Shown: one piece after another, positions 18,246 through 27,235 of the stretch
Numbering within the stretch: position 1 is the first letter of the stretch
Layout of the letters: each line of letters opens with the position of its first letter
Virus record (IMG/VR): IMGVR_UViG_3300036833_000232
Coordinates: 34,662 to 98,661 of that record
Strand: one strand, 5' to 3'
From: a virus
Lineage: Duplodnaviria; Caudoviricetes
DNA: 64,000 nt
Notes under the pieces: generated by a model
Told to the model about the DNA's origin: nothing
Database searches by the model: none
What the model saw: only the letters and a program-made list of their open reading frames with translations
Program-made: the position numbers and the translations under genes

Positions 18246-18411
18246 CACTCCCCACCGCTGGCGGTCAGGGCCGGACCAGGCGATCCCCGCCCACACTCCC
18301 CGGAGACACCCACTCCCCACCTGCACTCCCCACCATTCCCCGGCCTGCATTCTCCACCCGGGGACCGCGCGAGCGGGGGGAGGGGAGTGGCGGATTCCCC
18401 ACCCGCTCCCC
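18246..18411 (-). repeat. Array of the same 8-mer in opposite orientation just downstream of traB (putative clt)
   Basis: CACTCCCC at 18246, 18294, 18311, 18324; variants at 18334, 18348, 18393, 18404; one inverted copy at 18382. Confidence 0.75.
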
Positions 18412-18414
18412 GCC

Positions 18415-20490
18415 TCATGCCGCCCCCACCCGGGTGGGGATCGACTCCCACTTCCCGTGCCCGCAGTCGCGGACCTCCTCATTGCCGGCCGCACGACGCA
18501 GCGCCTGTGACACCACGGACAGCTCGAATCCCAGGGCGGCGGCCAGTTCCCCGGTGGTGGACCGTCCCCGCCGGGCCAGCTCCGTCACGATCGCGGCCTT
18601 CTTCGTGACCGAGGCGTCTTCGGGCTCTTCGACCGCGATCGTCAGCGGCAGCGGCACCAGTTCCGCGACCCGATCGGTCAAATCCGCCCACGGGTTGGCC
18701 GCCCGGGCCAGTACAGCCGCAGGGGTGCCGCTGGGCAGGCCGAGGCGTCGGGTCTGCTTGTAGGTCTCCAACGCGATCCGGGCGTCGGCCATCGACTGCT
18801 CCGGGCTGCGGTGCGCCTCGGCGATGTAGGCACCCAGCGCCAGCTCACCGACCTCGTCATCACCCCACGGCTCGTTCGGCAGCGCCCGCGCCCACGGCGA
18901 CATGTCCTGCGTGAAATCGGTGCGCAGCATCGCGGCCCGGTTGCTGCCAGCCGCCCGCAAATACGCCCAGCCGCCGTCGGTGGGCAACGTGTAGGGTGCC
19001 ATCGTCGGACCGTTGATCAGATTGTGGGCGTATTTCGAGCTGGTGTAGAAACACACCACATTGCGGGACGTCAGAATATCTCGCAGGGTGGAATTACCGG
19101 CGAAATCCAGATTCAAATCCAGGCCCTGGGTGGCACACCACACCGCCACGCCTTTTTTCCGGCCGAGTCGGACGACAATTTCCAGTTCTTTCGCGAAGTC
19201 TTGGTCGGCCTTCAACAGTAGGTGCAGTTCGTCAATGATCCACAGGAGGCCTTTGCGGGCGGGGGAGGGGTTGACTCCGCGCACGTCCTCCGGCAGTGCG
19301 GCGTTCTCGATACCGCGGCCGGTCATGTACTCCTTGACCGCTGCCAGCTGCGCCCAGGCCCCCGTCAGGCCGTAGTCGGAGGCGGTCATGTAGTTGCTCA
19401 GGATCGGGGAGGAGTCGTTGTCGATGGAGCCGTCGTTGTAGAGCACCTTCCACCGGCGGCTGTGCAGCGCGGACATGCCCAGGTTCTCCAGGAACACGGA
19501 CTTGCCGGAGCCGGGGTCGCCGGTCACCAACCCGTTGATGACGGTGGCGACGTGGTCGGTCAGTTGCACCGACCCCCAGCCATCGCCATCGGCGTAGGGG
19601 CCGGACGCGACGTAGCCGTTGTCGTAGCGGGGCCCGGTGTAGGCCACCCCGTCTTTGAGGGGGTTGGTGGTCAGAAACGAGATCAGTCCGCGGGAGTAGT
19701 CGCCGTCGGGGTGCAGTTCGATCACGATGTCGGCGGGGGCCAGGCCCATCACGCCAGCGATTTTGGGACGGGCGGGGACCAGGTCATCGAAGGTGTTGTG
19801 GTCAGGGTCGAGAACGATCTCGAACGCCCACCCAGTCGCGAGTTCCCGCTCACCCGCGAGTATCGAGTGGGCGAATTTTTTGCCCTTCGCGGACAAGAAT
19901 GTTTCCCAGCGTTCCACAATCCGGTCGGCGCCAGTGATCGGCGCGGCCAGCACCTCGTCCTCAGTGTCTTCATCCTCGTCCGCGGCGGGCAGTTGCGACG
20001 GAACCGGGCCGGCGACGATGCGGTGGTCCTGCCACCAGCGGCCAGCGAGGGTGACGGTGGTGCCGGCGAGCGCGCCGGTAAGCAGCCAGCCGGGGGTGGT
20101 ACCGGTGTCGAGGACCGCAGCGAGGGTGGACCAGAGGGTGGCGGTGGTGCCGGCGAGCCAGAACCGCAGACTCCACCGGTGGGTGAACACCGTGCGCAAT
20201 GCCCCGTAGCGGGTGAGGTACATCGCGCCGGTGGCCAGGGCGGCGGTGGAGGCACCGACCGCGAGGGGCTGGTGCGCGGCCATTTCGATCAGGTGAGCGC
20301 ATTCGCCGTAGGCCCAGGTGCCCGCGCCGGCGAGGTGGGGGGCGACCATGGCGCGCTGCCAGCGGGACACGCGGAACGCTCGGTCGGCGGCCGCGTACTG
20401 CGCGAGCGCGTCTTCGTGGGAGACCGGCACGACTTCAGCACCAACAGGCGTGGTGGTTTCCTGTGGTGGTGCGATGGCTTCGGTGCCCAC
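18415..20490 (-). CDS. traB: FtsK/SpoIIIE-family conjugative DNA translocase (actinomycete TraB type)
   Basis: N-terminal TMs, Walker A GDPGSGKS, Walker B WIIDE, RLGRKKGV..ATQ, C-terminal winged helix (STTGELAAALG...VSQALRR). Confidence 0.88.
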   Translation of the reverse strand: MGTEAIAPPQETTTPVGAEVVPVSHEDALAQYAAADRAFRVSRWQRAMVAPHLAGAGTWAYGECAHLIEMAAHQPLAVGASTAALATGAMYLTRYGALRTVFTHRWSLRFWLAGTTATLWSTLAAVLDTGTTPGWLLTGALAGTTVTLAGRWWQDHRIVAGPVPSQLPAADEDEDTEDEVLAAPITGADRIVERWETFLSAKGKKFAHSILAGERELATGWAFEIVLDPDHNTFDDLVPARPKIAGVMGLAPADIVIELHPDGDYSRGLISFLTTNPLKDGVAYTGPRYDNGYVASGPYADGDGWGSVQLTDHVATVINGLVTGDPGSGKSVFLENLGMSALHSRRWKVLYNDGSIDNDSSPILSNYMTASDYGLTGAWAQLAAVKEYMTGRGIENAALPEDVRGVNPSPARKGLLWIIDELHLLLKADQDFAKELEIVVRLGRKKGVAVWCATQGLDLNLDFAGNSTLRDILTSRNVVCFYTSSKYAHNLINGPTMAPYTLPTDGGWAYLRAAGSNRAAMLRTDFTQDMSPWARALPNEPWGDDEVGELALGAYIAEAHRSPEQSMADARIALETYKQTRRLGLPSGTPAAVLARAANPWADLTDRVAELVPLPLTIAVEEPEDASVTKKAAIVTELARRGRSTTGELAAALGFELSVVSQALRRAAGNEEVRDCGHGKWESIPTRVGAA

Positions 20491-20579
20491 GATGGTCCTC
20501 CCTCCGTGACTGTGGCAATGCGGGTGCGGTGCCTGGCCCCCCGTTCAGCGTCTGCTGGCGCGGGAGGCCAGGCGGTGGG

Positions 20580-20894
20580 TCAGCCCAGGTAGTTGTTGTT
20601 GGTGCCCGCGCCGGAGGCCTTGACGTGCTCCTGCGCGGCCTGGTGCGCCTCGTAGTGGGCTTTCATCTGCTCGGCCAGGCCCTTGGCCGCGGAGAGGTGG
20701 TTGAGTATTTCCGTGGTGGTAGAGACCTGGGACTGGTCGATGTTCGCGCCGGCGGTCCCGACCGAAGCGATGTTCGCCTGGACGCGGGACTCGGCAGCGG
20801 CGAACACCTCGATCAGGCCGCTGGTGAACGTGATCCCGCGCTCGGGGTTGGTGACCTCGCCGCTGGCCAGGGTGAGGCTGCCGGAATCGGCCAT
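20580..20894 (-). CDS. Small helical transfer-region protein
   Basis: GAAGGAG RBS; directly upstream of traB. Confidence 0.65.
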   Translation of the reverse strand: MADSGSLTLASGEVTNPERGITFTSGLIEVFAAAESRVQANIASVGTAGANIDQSQVSTTTEILNHLSAAKGLAEQMKAHYEAHQAAQEHVKASGAGTNNNYLG

Positions 20895-20963
20895 GGTGTG
20901 TGCTCCTTCGGGTGGGTTGCGCACGCCGCCTCCATGGTTGGGGGCGGACAACTTGGGGGTGGG

Positions 20964-21542
20964 TTATTCGGTGGTGGTGATCTCGATCGGGGCGGCCTCG
21001 ATTGCCTTCGGCTGATCCGCGCGGATCGCCGGCACCCGGATCAGCGGCCGGGCGGGGGCTGCGGTCTCGGTGTCGACCCGCAGGCTGTCGTTGTCGGTGG
21101 TGACGACGCGGGGGCGGCTGGCGAACCGGCGGGCGGCCCGCGAGACGATCTGGTGCCGCTTGTGGGCCCACCACTGGCGGGCGTTGCGCCACGCGAGCCG
21201 CCACACACCGGGGGTGCGGCCGCGGCGGACGTCGTCGTCTTCCCGCTCGATGCGGACCTCGTCCGCGCGGGTGGCGCGGCGGCCGGCGTTGGCGACCCAT
21301 TCGGCGATGCGGCGCTGTAACGCCTGCCGGATCATGCCGCCCTGGGCGCGTTGCTCCCGCAGCGCGGCGTGGCGGGCCATCCACTTCTCATGGCCGTGCC
21401 GCATCCGCTGCATGCGTTCCTCGTGCCGGTTGTTCGACCGGTGCGGGGTGTTGCCGCGGGCGGAGGCGACACCGTCGATGCCGTCGGAGACGAGAAAACC
21501 GATCGTCAGGCACAGCAGGAAAACGAACGTGAACGGGTCCAC
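20964..21542 (-). CDS. Membrane-anchored basic protein (transfer region)
   Basis: N-terminal TM, Arg-rich; tightly packed in the operon. Confidence 0.6.
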   Translation of the reverse strand: MDPFTFVFLLCLTIGFLVSDGIDGVASARGNTPHRSNNRHEERMQRMRHGHEKWMARHAALREQRAQGGMIRQALQRRIAEWVANAGRRATRADEVRIEREDDDVRRGRTPGVWRLAWRNARQWWAHKRHQIVSRAARRFASRPRVVTTDNDSLRVDTETAAPARPLIRVPAIRADQPKAIEAAPIEITTTE

Positions 21543-21545
21543 GGC

Positions 21546-21956
21546 TTAGGCTCCGATGAGGCTGAACAGCGGCGGGAACAGTCCGAGCGCGGCGGGCGCG
21601 AGGAACGCGACCCACGGGGTGTAGCGGCGGATCCCGCTGCCCCACTTCGGCGCCATATGGAAGATCGTGATGGCCACGAGTGCCAGGCCGATGCACCACG
21701 GCAGCGCGGTGGTCGCCGCGTGCGCCCCGGTGAGCAGCCAGCCGGGGCCGTGGGCGTGGGTGGCCAGGTCGGTGAGTTTGGCCAGGCCGTAGTGCAGGGC
21801 CTGGGCGATCAGGGCGGCGAACCCGATACCGGCCAGCAGCATCAGGAACGCGTGCACCCATTCCCAGTTCACGCGCTGGATGTTCGGATGGTGCTTGAGC
21901 ACCACCCAGGCCAGTACCGCGAACACCAGCCCGGTGGCGGCGGATCCCCAGATCAT
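21546..21956 (-). CDS. Four-TM membrane protein, Spd-like
   Basis: Highly hydrophobic; GAAAGGA RBS. Confidence 0.65.
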   Translation of the reverse strand: MIWGSAATGLVFAVLAWVVLKHHPNIQRVNWEWVHAFLMLLAGIGFAALIAQALHYGLAKLTDLATHAHGPGWLLTGAHAATTALPWCIGLALVAITIFHMAPKWGSGIRRYTPWVAFLAPAALGLFPPLFSLIGA

Positions 21957-21981
21957 GATGGTTCCTTTCTGTGAGTGTCGA

Positions 21982-22554
21982 TCACCAGGCGGTGATGTTG
22001 AGGAGAGTTGGAATCAGGCCGCCCAGGACGGGGACCTGTGCGATACCGGTGCCGATCAGCAGCGCGGCGGCGGTGACGGTGCACAGCCGGGTGAACCGCT
22101 GCGTCACCCATTTGGTGGTGTCGCCGACCACGGCGAACGCAGTGACGACCGCGGCCCACCCGGTCGCGGCGTAGCGCTGGACCGGGTGTGCCGAGATGCC
22201 CCACTCGGAGGTGCGGATCCGCGCCCACAACTCACCCGGGGTGCGGGGATGGTTGATGGCCTGCCCAAGCCCAACGGTGGGGCAGGCCACCCATTTTGCG
22301 GTGTCGACCGCGACACTGATGGTGATCGCCCCGACCGCCCACAGGCACGCGAAGACCCGTTTCGGTCCGCCGGTCGCGGTGGTCCATTCGCCGCGGCGGG
22401 CGTGATCCCAGATCTCGGCGGGAGTGTGCGGCACGGTGACCGCCTCAGGCAGGGTGATCGCGTCGACCGCTTCGTGGGCCAGCGTCACCAGGAGGGATCC
22501 CCGTGGCTGCTCGCCCTGCCTGGTCGGGGGAGCGTCGTTGTCGGTGGTGGTCAC
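21982..22554 (-). CDS. Membrane protein with an internal duplication, Spd-like
   Basis: Two units P.TP.E.W...R..EW...W......V.DT.KWV. Confidence 0.6.
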   Translation of the reverse strand: MTTTDNDAPPTRQGEQPRGSLLVTLAHEAVDAITLPEAVTVPHTPAEIWDHARRGEWTTATGGPKRVFACLWAVGAITISVAVDTAKWVACPTVGLGQAINHPRTPGELWARIRTSEWGISAHPVQRYAATGWAAVVTAFAVVGDTTKWVTQRFTRLCTVTAAALLIGTGIAQVPVLGGLIPTLLNITAW

Positions 22555-22823
22555 CGGGTTTCCTTCCGTTTCGTGCCGGACAACAGGGCGTCGGCCTCGG
22601 CGCGCAGCGTCTTGGCCAGGTCCCGGATGGCGTGGTTGAGGCGCGAACTGTCGCCGCGGTGGCGGCGAACCGCGCCGCGGAAGTAGTCGTAGGCGGCACC
22701 CAGTTCGTCCAGGGCGGTTTTCGCGCCGCGGGTTTCGGTGACAAGTTGTTTACGGCGGTTGACCGCCCGGGCCGCGATCTGCCGGGCCGGGGCTTTACCG
22801 CGGGAGCGGGGTTGTCCGGCCAT
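22551..22823 (-). CDS. Small basic helical protein
   Basis: Overlaps both neighbours. Confidence 0.6.
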   Translation of the reverse strand: MAGQPRSRGKAPARQIAARAVNRRKQLVTETRGAKTALDELGAAYDYFRGAVRRHRGDSSRLNHAIRDLAKTLRAEADALLSGTKRKETR

Positions 22824-24055
22824 CAGCCGACCCCCTTCGCCTGGCCACGGTCCTGCTGGCGCGGGTCGCCGAAGTCGCGGAAGTAGCGGCTGATCGCGTT
22901 CTTCGCGGTGCCGGTGTAGCTGCCGGACATGGCCACGTCGACCGCCCGGTACGACAGGGGGTTGTCGGGGTTGGCCTGGTAGCTGGCGAGCCAGCGGGCG
23001 ACCGCTTCGGCGGACTTCTCGCCGTACTTACGGACCAGAGTCAAATCCAGCACGGGCCGGGGAGTGCCCTCCAGGTTGATTTCCGCTGTCTGCTCCGAGG
23101 CGCGCGCCGCCGCGGCGGCCGGAGCGGCCGCGGGTGGGGTGGCCAGCGGGGCGGGGGCCGGCTTCGGTTTCGCCGTCGGGGCCACCACTTTGGCCTGTTT
23201 GGTGGCCACCGCGTACGGCGAGGGCTGCCGGATCGACGCCAGATCCTGGGCGTGCTGGATGACGCCGATGTGGTTGACCAGCCGGATCATCAGCGTGTCG
23301 TCGTCGGCGACACCCGCTTTGATCACCGCGCGTTCCAGGCGGGACTGCCGGAACGGGGTCCGTTTGCTGGCGGTGGCCAGCCGGGCGGCCTGCATCAGCG
23401 CCCGGTCCCGGGTGCGGGCGGCCGCGTCGCGGGCATCGTCGGCCAGGCCGATCCGCGACAGTGCCCGCTCGCGCATCTCGTCCGCGACCCGCGCCCAGGT
23501 GGACTTTTTCTTGCTGCGGCCGTGCCGGTTGTGGATTTCGATACCGAGGGCCTGGTGCAACATGACCATCGCGAACACCGGCCCAGCCAGGACCCGGGCG
23601 AGGCCTTCGACCGGGCCGGCCTCGACCAGGGCGGCGTAGGCGGCGAACCCGCACAGCGCCCACGCGATCATCCGGGCCGTGCCGGGGGAGGCCGGCTCAC
23701 CTTCCGGGGTCTTGCGCCGGACGTTGGTGCGCATCCCGTAGGCGCACGCCAGCAGTCCGACCTCGATCAGCGCGAACATGCCGACCCGTTCGATGCCGAC
23801 GATGTGCAGCTTGTCCCCGAAAAACCGGAACGAGGTGTCGGCCGACAGGGCGATCCCGAGTGCCCCGGAGAAGTAGTAGCCGAGGTTGGCGCGGGAGGCG
23901 CGTTGTTCGTCGGTGACCGGGGCGGTGTGCCGCCCGGCCCGGGTCCTTTTCGCGGCGAGCACCATCAGCAGGACCGCCACCGCTGCTGCGATGCTCAGCA
24001 GTAGAACACGGTGGGCGACGACCCAGCCGAGCACGAGCGTCGTCACGCTGGTCAT
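22823..24055 (-). CDS. SpdB-like multi-TM plasmid spreading protein
   Basis: ~5 TMs (SADTSFRF...ERVGMFALIEVGLLACA...RVLAGPVFA), Arg-rich middle, Pro/Ala linker, C-terminal helical domain. Confidence 0.6.
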   Translation of the reverse strand: MTSVTTLVLGWVVAHRVLLLSIAAAVAVLLMVLAAKRTRAGRHTAPVTDEQRASRANLGYYFSGALGIALSADTSFRFFGDKLHIVGIERVGMFALIEVGLLACAYGMRTNVRRKTPEGEPASPGTARMIAWALCGFAAYAALVEAGPVEGLARVLAGPVFAMVMLHQALGIEIHNRHGRSKKKSTWARVADEMRERALSRIGLADDARDAAARTRDRALMQAARLATASKRTPFRQSRLERAVIKAGVADDDTLMIRLVNHIGVIQHAQDLASIRQPSPYAVATKQAKVVAPTAKPKPAPAPLATPPAAAPAAAAARASEQTAEINLEGTPRPVLDLTLVRKYGEKSAEAVARWLASYQANPDNPLSYRAVDVAMSGSYTGTAKNAISRYFRDFGDPRQQDRGQAKGVG

Positions 24056-24179
24056 GCGGTGGCCTCCTGGCGGGTGGTTGTGGTGGTCATGCGCGCATCT
24101 TTAACCGATGGGGTGTACGAGCCGGGCAGTGACACGGCTGGGATGTAGACCCGACCGGACACTGTCCGCAGTGTCCGGT

Positions 24180-24572
24180 TCAGTCGTCGGGTTTGTGGGC
24201 GATCCCCGACGCGGATCCGACCAGGCTCCCCATCCCGTTAACGATCTCGGCTGCGGAACGCAGGCAGTGAGAACCGCCGAGCTCGGTGACAGTGCAGTGG
24301 ACACTGTTGTGGACGATGATCCGGAATTTGATGCCCATCTTCTGGCCCCGCACGGCGATGTCCTCGGCCGTTTGGATGGCGTGCGGGTAGTCAAAAATCC
24401 CCGCCCGGGCATCCACGACCAGCCGGATCAGCTGGCCGTGCTCGATGGTGTCGAAATAGGGTTTCCTGTCGACTTTGGCCGACGATTCCCGGGACGTCAG
24501 TTCGGCGTGGACCTTCTGCAACAGGCCCATCTCGTGCTGCACGGTGCTGTTCACTTCGGCACTCCGTTTCAC
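24180..24572 (-). CDS. Truncated, degenerate TraB/FtsK ATPase-core homolog
   Basis: Aligns by eye to TraB: LVVDA vs WIIDE, VRGQKMGI vs RLGRKKGV, LGGSHCLRS vs FAGNSTLRD; no Walker A. Confidence 0.5.
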   Translation of the reverse strand: MKRSAEVNSTVQHEMGLLQKVHAELTSRESSAKVDRKPYFDTIEHGQLIRLVVDARAGIFDYPHAIQTAEDIAVRGQKMGIKFRIIVHNSVHCTVTELGGSHCLRSAAEIVNGMGSLVGSASGIAHKPDD

Positions 24573-24588
24573 GTAGTGGAGAACTGGA

Positions 24589-25152
24589 TCAACGAGCCCA
24601 GCGCTTCGAGGCGTCCCGATCCCGGCGTTCCTCGTCCCGGTCGTCGGCCCAGTCGATGACGGTGCGGTAGAACTCCGCAGCCGGTCCTCCGAGCGCCCAC
24701 GGAACGAAGATCAGCAAAGCGAAGACGCCGAGCAACGCCGGCGGCCAGACAAAGACCAACCAGACCCAGGTCCCGAACATGACCGGTGTCCCCACGAGCA
24801 CGCCATAGAGCAACTTCCGCCTAGTGCTCACCCGCGGTGGGGGTGGCAACACCACCGGTGGCGCGGCTGGCCACCGGGTTTCCAGCGCCGGCGCCGAGGT
24901 CGGCGATTGCAGGGCAACAGGCACGTCACCCGAGTTCGGCTTGCTGGTGGACTTCATGTGCCCGCATCCTCTTTCCGTGTCTTTTTCACCAAACGGCGTT
25001 CCCGTTCGGACATTCCTCCCCAGATGCCAAAGCGCTCGTCGTGCGCGAGCGCGTATTCCAGGCACTCGGAAGAACTCCTCGTACTCGGCGTCGTCCATAT
25101 CCTCGCCGGTCATTCCCGCGGCGGAGGAGGGGGCGCTGAACTGGTCGCGCAT
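24589..25152 (-). CDS. Membrane protein (2 TM)
   Basis: C-terminal hydrophobic hairpin; start uncertain. Confidence 0.5.
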   Translation of the reverse strand: MRDQFSAPSSAAGMTGEDMDDAEYEEFFRVPGIRARARRALWHLGRNVRTGTPFGEKDTERGCGHMKSTSKPNSGDVPVALQSPTSAPALETRWPAAPPVVLPPPPRVSTRRKLLYGVLVGTPVMFGTWVWLVFVWPPALLGVFALLIFVPWALGGPAAEFYRTVIDWADDRDEERRDRDASKRWAR

Positions 25153-25457
25153 CACATCCCCCCGGTGAGTTGGTGGTAGACGTAGTTGACGATCACTTCG
25201 GCGGAGTGGGAGCAGTCGATGAGGATCCCGGACTCCTGGATTCGGCGGGCGACGGTGCCGAGCAGGTCGTGGGCGGCGATGGCGGTGTTGACGTGGTCGA
25301 TGAGGTCGGCGGGGACCGGGTCGGCGAGGTTGAACACCCGCCCGATACGGTCGATCAACTCGTCCTGGCGGGGGATCGGCTGGGGCGGGTAGCTGGCGTA
25401 GAGGTGGGCCGGCATGTCGCCGCCGGGGCCGACACCGTGGGGGGTTGTCACAGCCAT
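25152..25457 (-). CDS. Hypothetical protein
   Basis: Coupled start/stop overlaps. Confidence 0.55.
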   Translation of the reverse strand: MAVTTPHGVGPGGDMPAHLYASYPPQPIPRQDELIDRIGRVFNLADPVPADLIDHVNTAIAAHDLLGTVARRIQESGILIDCSHSAEVIVNYVYHQLTGGM

Positions 25458-25669
25458 GCCACCCCTTCCGGGGTGAACCGGTCACGGAAAGTGGACGTCG
25501 GCGACTGGCCGGCACCGGTGCATGCCGGTCGTTCGGTGGCGTAACCAACCGTCGGGCCGGGGGCGACGGGGTGCGCGGGGATACGGCCGTCGGTGACGGG
25601 GTAGTCGCCGGCGCAGTCGGGGCAGACGCCGCGGAGGCGGTCGTCCGCGAGGAGGGTTCCGGTGGCCAT
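25448..25669 (-). CDS. Small Zn-finger-like protein
   Basis: CPDC...H...C. Confidence 0.55.
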   Translation of the reverse strand: MATGTLLADDRLRGVCPDCAGDYPVTDGRIPAHPVAPGPTVGYATERPACTGAGQSPTSTFRDRFTPEGVAWL

Positions 25670-25914
25670 CACACCCACCCCTTGTCGGCGAGGTGCCAGC
25701 GCCCGGCGGGGGTGATCTCGCCCGTGGCGGTGACCAACGCATCCTGCTTGAGTTCGCGGTCCACGATCTGGCCGTTGCGGGCGAACAAGTCCGGGTTGTA
25801 GGTGCCCTCTGCGGCGTCGGCCAGGTGTTCCAGGTGCAACGCGGTCAGGTAACGGCCGGACAGGGTCGAGTAGCCGAATTCGGGGTGCCTACTGGGCTGT
25901 GGGTTGGTGGCCAT
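25669..25914 (-). CDS. Small winged-helix-like protein, tandem paralog 3
   Basis: Ends ITPAGRWHLADKGWV. Confidence 0.65.
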   Translation of the reverse strand: MATNPQPSRHPEFGYSTLSGRYLTALHLEHLADAAEGTYNPDLFARNGQIVDRELKQDALVTATGEITPAGRWHLADKGWV

Positions 25915-26174
25915 CACGGGCACCATCCCGCCATCGTCAGGGCTTCCCGGCCGAGGTCGGTGATCTGCCAGTTACTGTCCAGTAGCCCGTCGCGCTGCAA
26001 GGCGTCCATCAGGGCGCGGTCGGCGGGGTCGGTGGTGGTGTAGGCGCGGCGGGTGAGGTCGGTGATCAGGTTCGCCTCGTCCACCACGTCCAGGTGCTCA
26101 TCGGTCAGGACCAGGCCACCGGGGGCGAAGACGTAGGCGACACCGTTGATCGTTTCGCAGTGCAACTCGCCCAT
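25914..26174 (-). CDS. Small winged-helix-like protein, tandem paralog 2
   Basis: Ends ITDLGREALTMAGWCP. Confidence 0.6.
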   Translation of the reverse strand: MGELHCETINGVAYVFAPGGLVLTDEHLDVVDEANLITDLTRRAYTTTDPADRALMDALQRDGLLDSNWQITDLGREALTMAGWCP

Positions 26175-26458
26175 CAGATCCACCCCCGATCGGACAGGTG
26201 CCACAGGCCGTCGCTCGTGATCACGTACTGGTCGGTGTCTGCGATACGGACCAGCAGGCCAGCGGAGGCGCATTCCTCGGCTGCGACAGTGTCGAACTCG
26301 TCGGTGAAGTCCACCTGGTAGGTGTCGTTCACGGACCGGGCTGCCTGATGCAATCGAGTCAGGTGATGCACGGCCAGGTAGAACCCCGCGAGAGTGGGGT
26401 AGCCGAACTGGTGGTCTCGGATCGAGGTCTTGGTGATATAGGCCGGAGTAGTGATCAT
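26174..26458 (-). CDS. Small winged-helix-like protein, tandem paralog 1
   Basis: Ends ITSDGLWHLSDRGWI; shares FGY.TL.G.YL with paralog 3. Confidence 0.65.
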   Translation of the reverse strand: MITTPAYITKTSIRDHQFGYPTLAGFYLAVHHLTRLHQAARSVNDTYQVDFTDEFDTVAAEECASAGLLVRIADTDQYVITSDGLWHLSDRGWI

Positions 26459-26850
26459 CACGCCACCTCCCGGCTCTCGCCAGTGGCGGGTTCCCACTGC
26501 TGAACGCGGGCCACTAGCAGCGCGGCGTACACACCGCGGCCGACGGCGAGGATCTCGGTGGCGGCTTTGTCCGCGTCAGCCGCCGGGACGTGCCGCAGCA
26601 TCGCGCGGATCGAGTCGAACACCGCCCGCACCGTTTCGGCGGGGGATTCGGCGGCGGCGACCCGCACATCGAGCGCGGCGAACCGGCGGATCAACTGCCG
26701 CACCGACCGTGGCTGGACCGGTTCGGTCGCGGCGGCGGCGAGCGCGTCACACAGGTCCGGGTCCGGTTGGGTGGGGTCGAGTTGCTGGTACAGGTCGTGG
26801 ATGGCGGCGGCCTGTACCAGGGTGGTGGGTTTCTCGGTGCGGACGTCCAT
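26458..26850 (-). CDS. Hypothetical helical protein
   Basis: TGATG coupling on both sides. Confidence 0.6.
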   Translation of the reverse strand: MDVRTEKPTTLVQAAAIHDLYQQLDPTQPDPDLCDALAAAATEPVQPRSVRQLIRRFAALDVRVAAAESPAETVRAVFDSIRAMLRHVPAADADKAATEILAVGRGVYAALLVARVQQWEPATGESREVA

Positions 26851-27083
26851 CACGCGGCACTCCAGACGCCCTGTGTGTAGTCGGTGGTGTTCGGGTCGGT
26901 GACCGGGAAGTGGAGGGTCGTCACGGTCACCGACCCGAAGTTGTTGAGGCGCGATGCGAACCGGGCGCGTTCCCGGTTCAGCCGGTCGGCGGTACCTCGC
27001 CGGCCCTTGTACTGCCGGGCGCGCATCTCGGCCTGGGCCAGACGCTGCTCGGGGGTGAGGGCCTGGCGGCGGCGGTTTCGCAT
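26850..27083 (-). CDS. Small basic protein, first gene of the leftward operon
   Basis: GAAAGGGAG RBS. Confidence 0.6.
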   Translation of the reverse strand: MRNRRRQALTPEQRLAQAEMRARQYKGRRGTADRLNRERARFASRLNNFGSVTVTTLHFPVTDPNTTDYTQGVWSAA

Positions 27084-27153
27084 CGCGCCTCTCCCTTTCT
27101 GTGGCGGGGGTGTTCCTTTTGTGGTGGGGTCTTTGGTATGGAGCTTGTTGACT

Positions 27154-27208
27154 TGGTACGTACCATAGACCGGGATGGCAGAGTACGCAACCTTTGGTAC
27201 GGTCCAAA
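27154..27208 (-). promoter_or_regulatory. Leftward promoter overlapped by GntR-type operators
   Basis: -35 TTGCGT (27185-27190), 17 bp, -10 TATGGT (27162-27167); palindromes TGGTACGTACCA (27154-27165) and TTTGGTACGGTCCAAA (27193-27208). Confidence 0.7.
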
Positions 27209-27235
27209 CCACAGCAGTCAAGCGAAGGGAGACAC

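Noticed and set aside
17482-18411. CRISPR array or replication iterons
   Set aside because: Repeats are 8 bp, irregularly spaced, without uniform spacers, cas genes or an adjacent rep gene
17594-18451. 489-aa version of the transglycosylase ORF (16982-18451)
   Set aside because: The extension is low-complexity, runs through the repeat locus and overlaps traB; a good AGGAG RBS supports the start at 17593
18415-20894. Type VII secretion reading (FtsK ATPase plus ~100-aa helical protein)
   Set aside because: Single ATPase domain with a C-terminal wHTH, no WXG motif, no EccB/D or mycosin; TraB fits better
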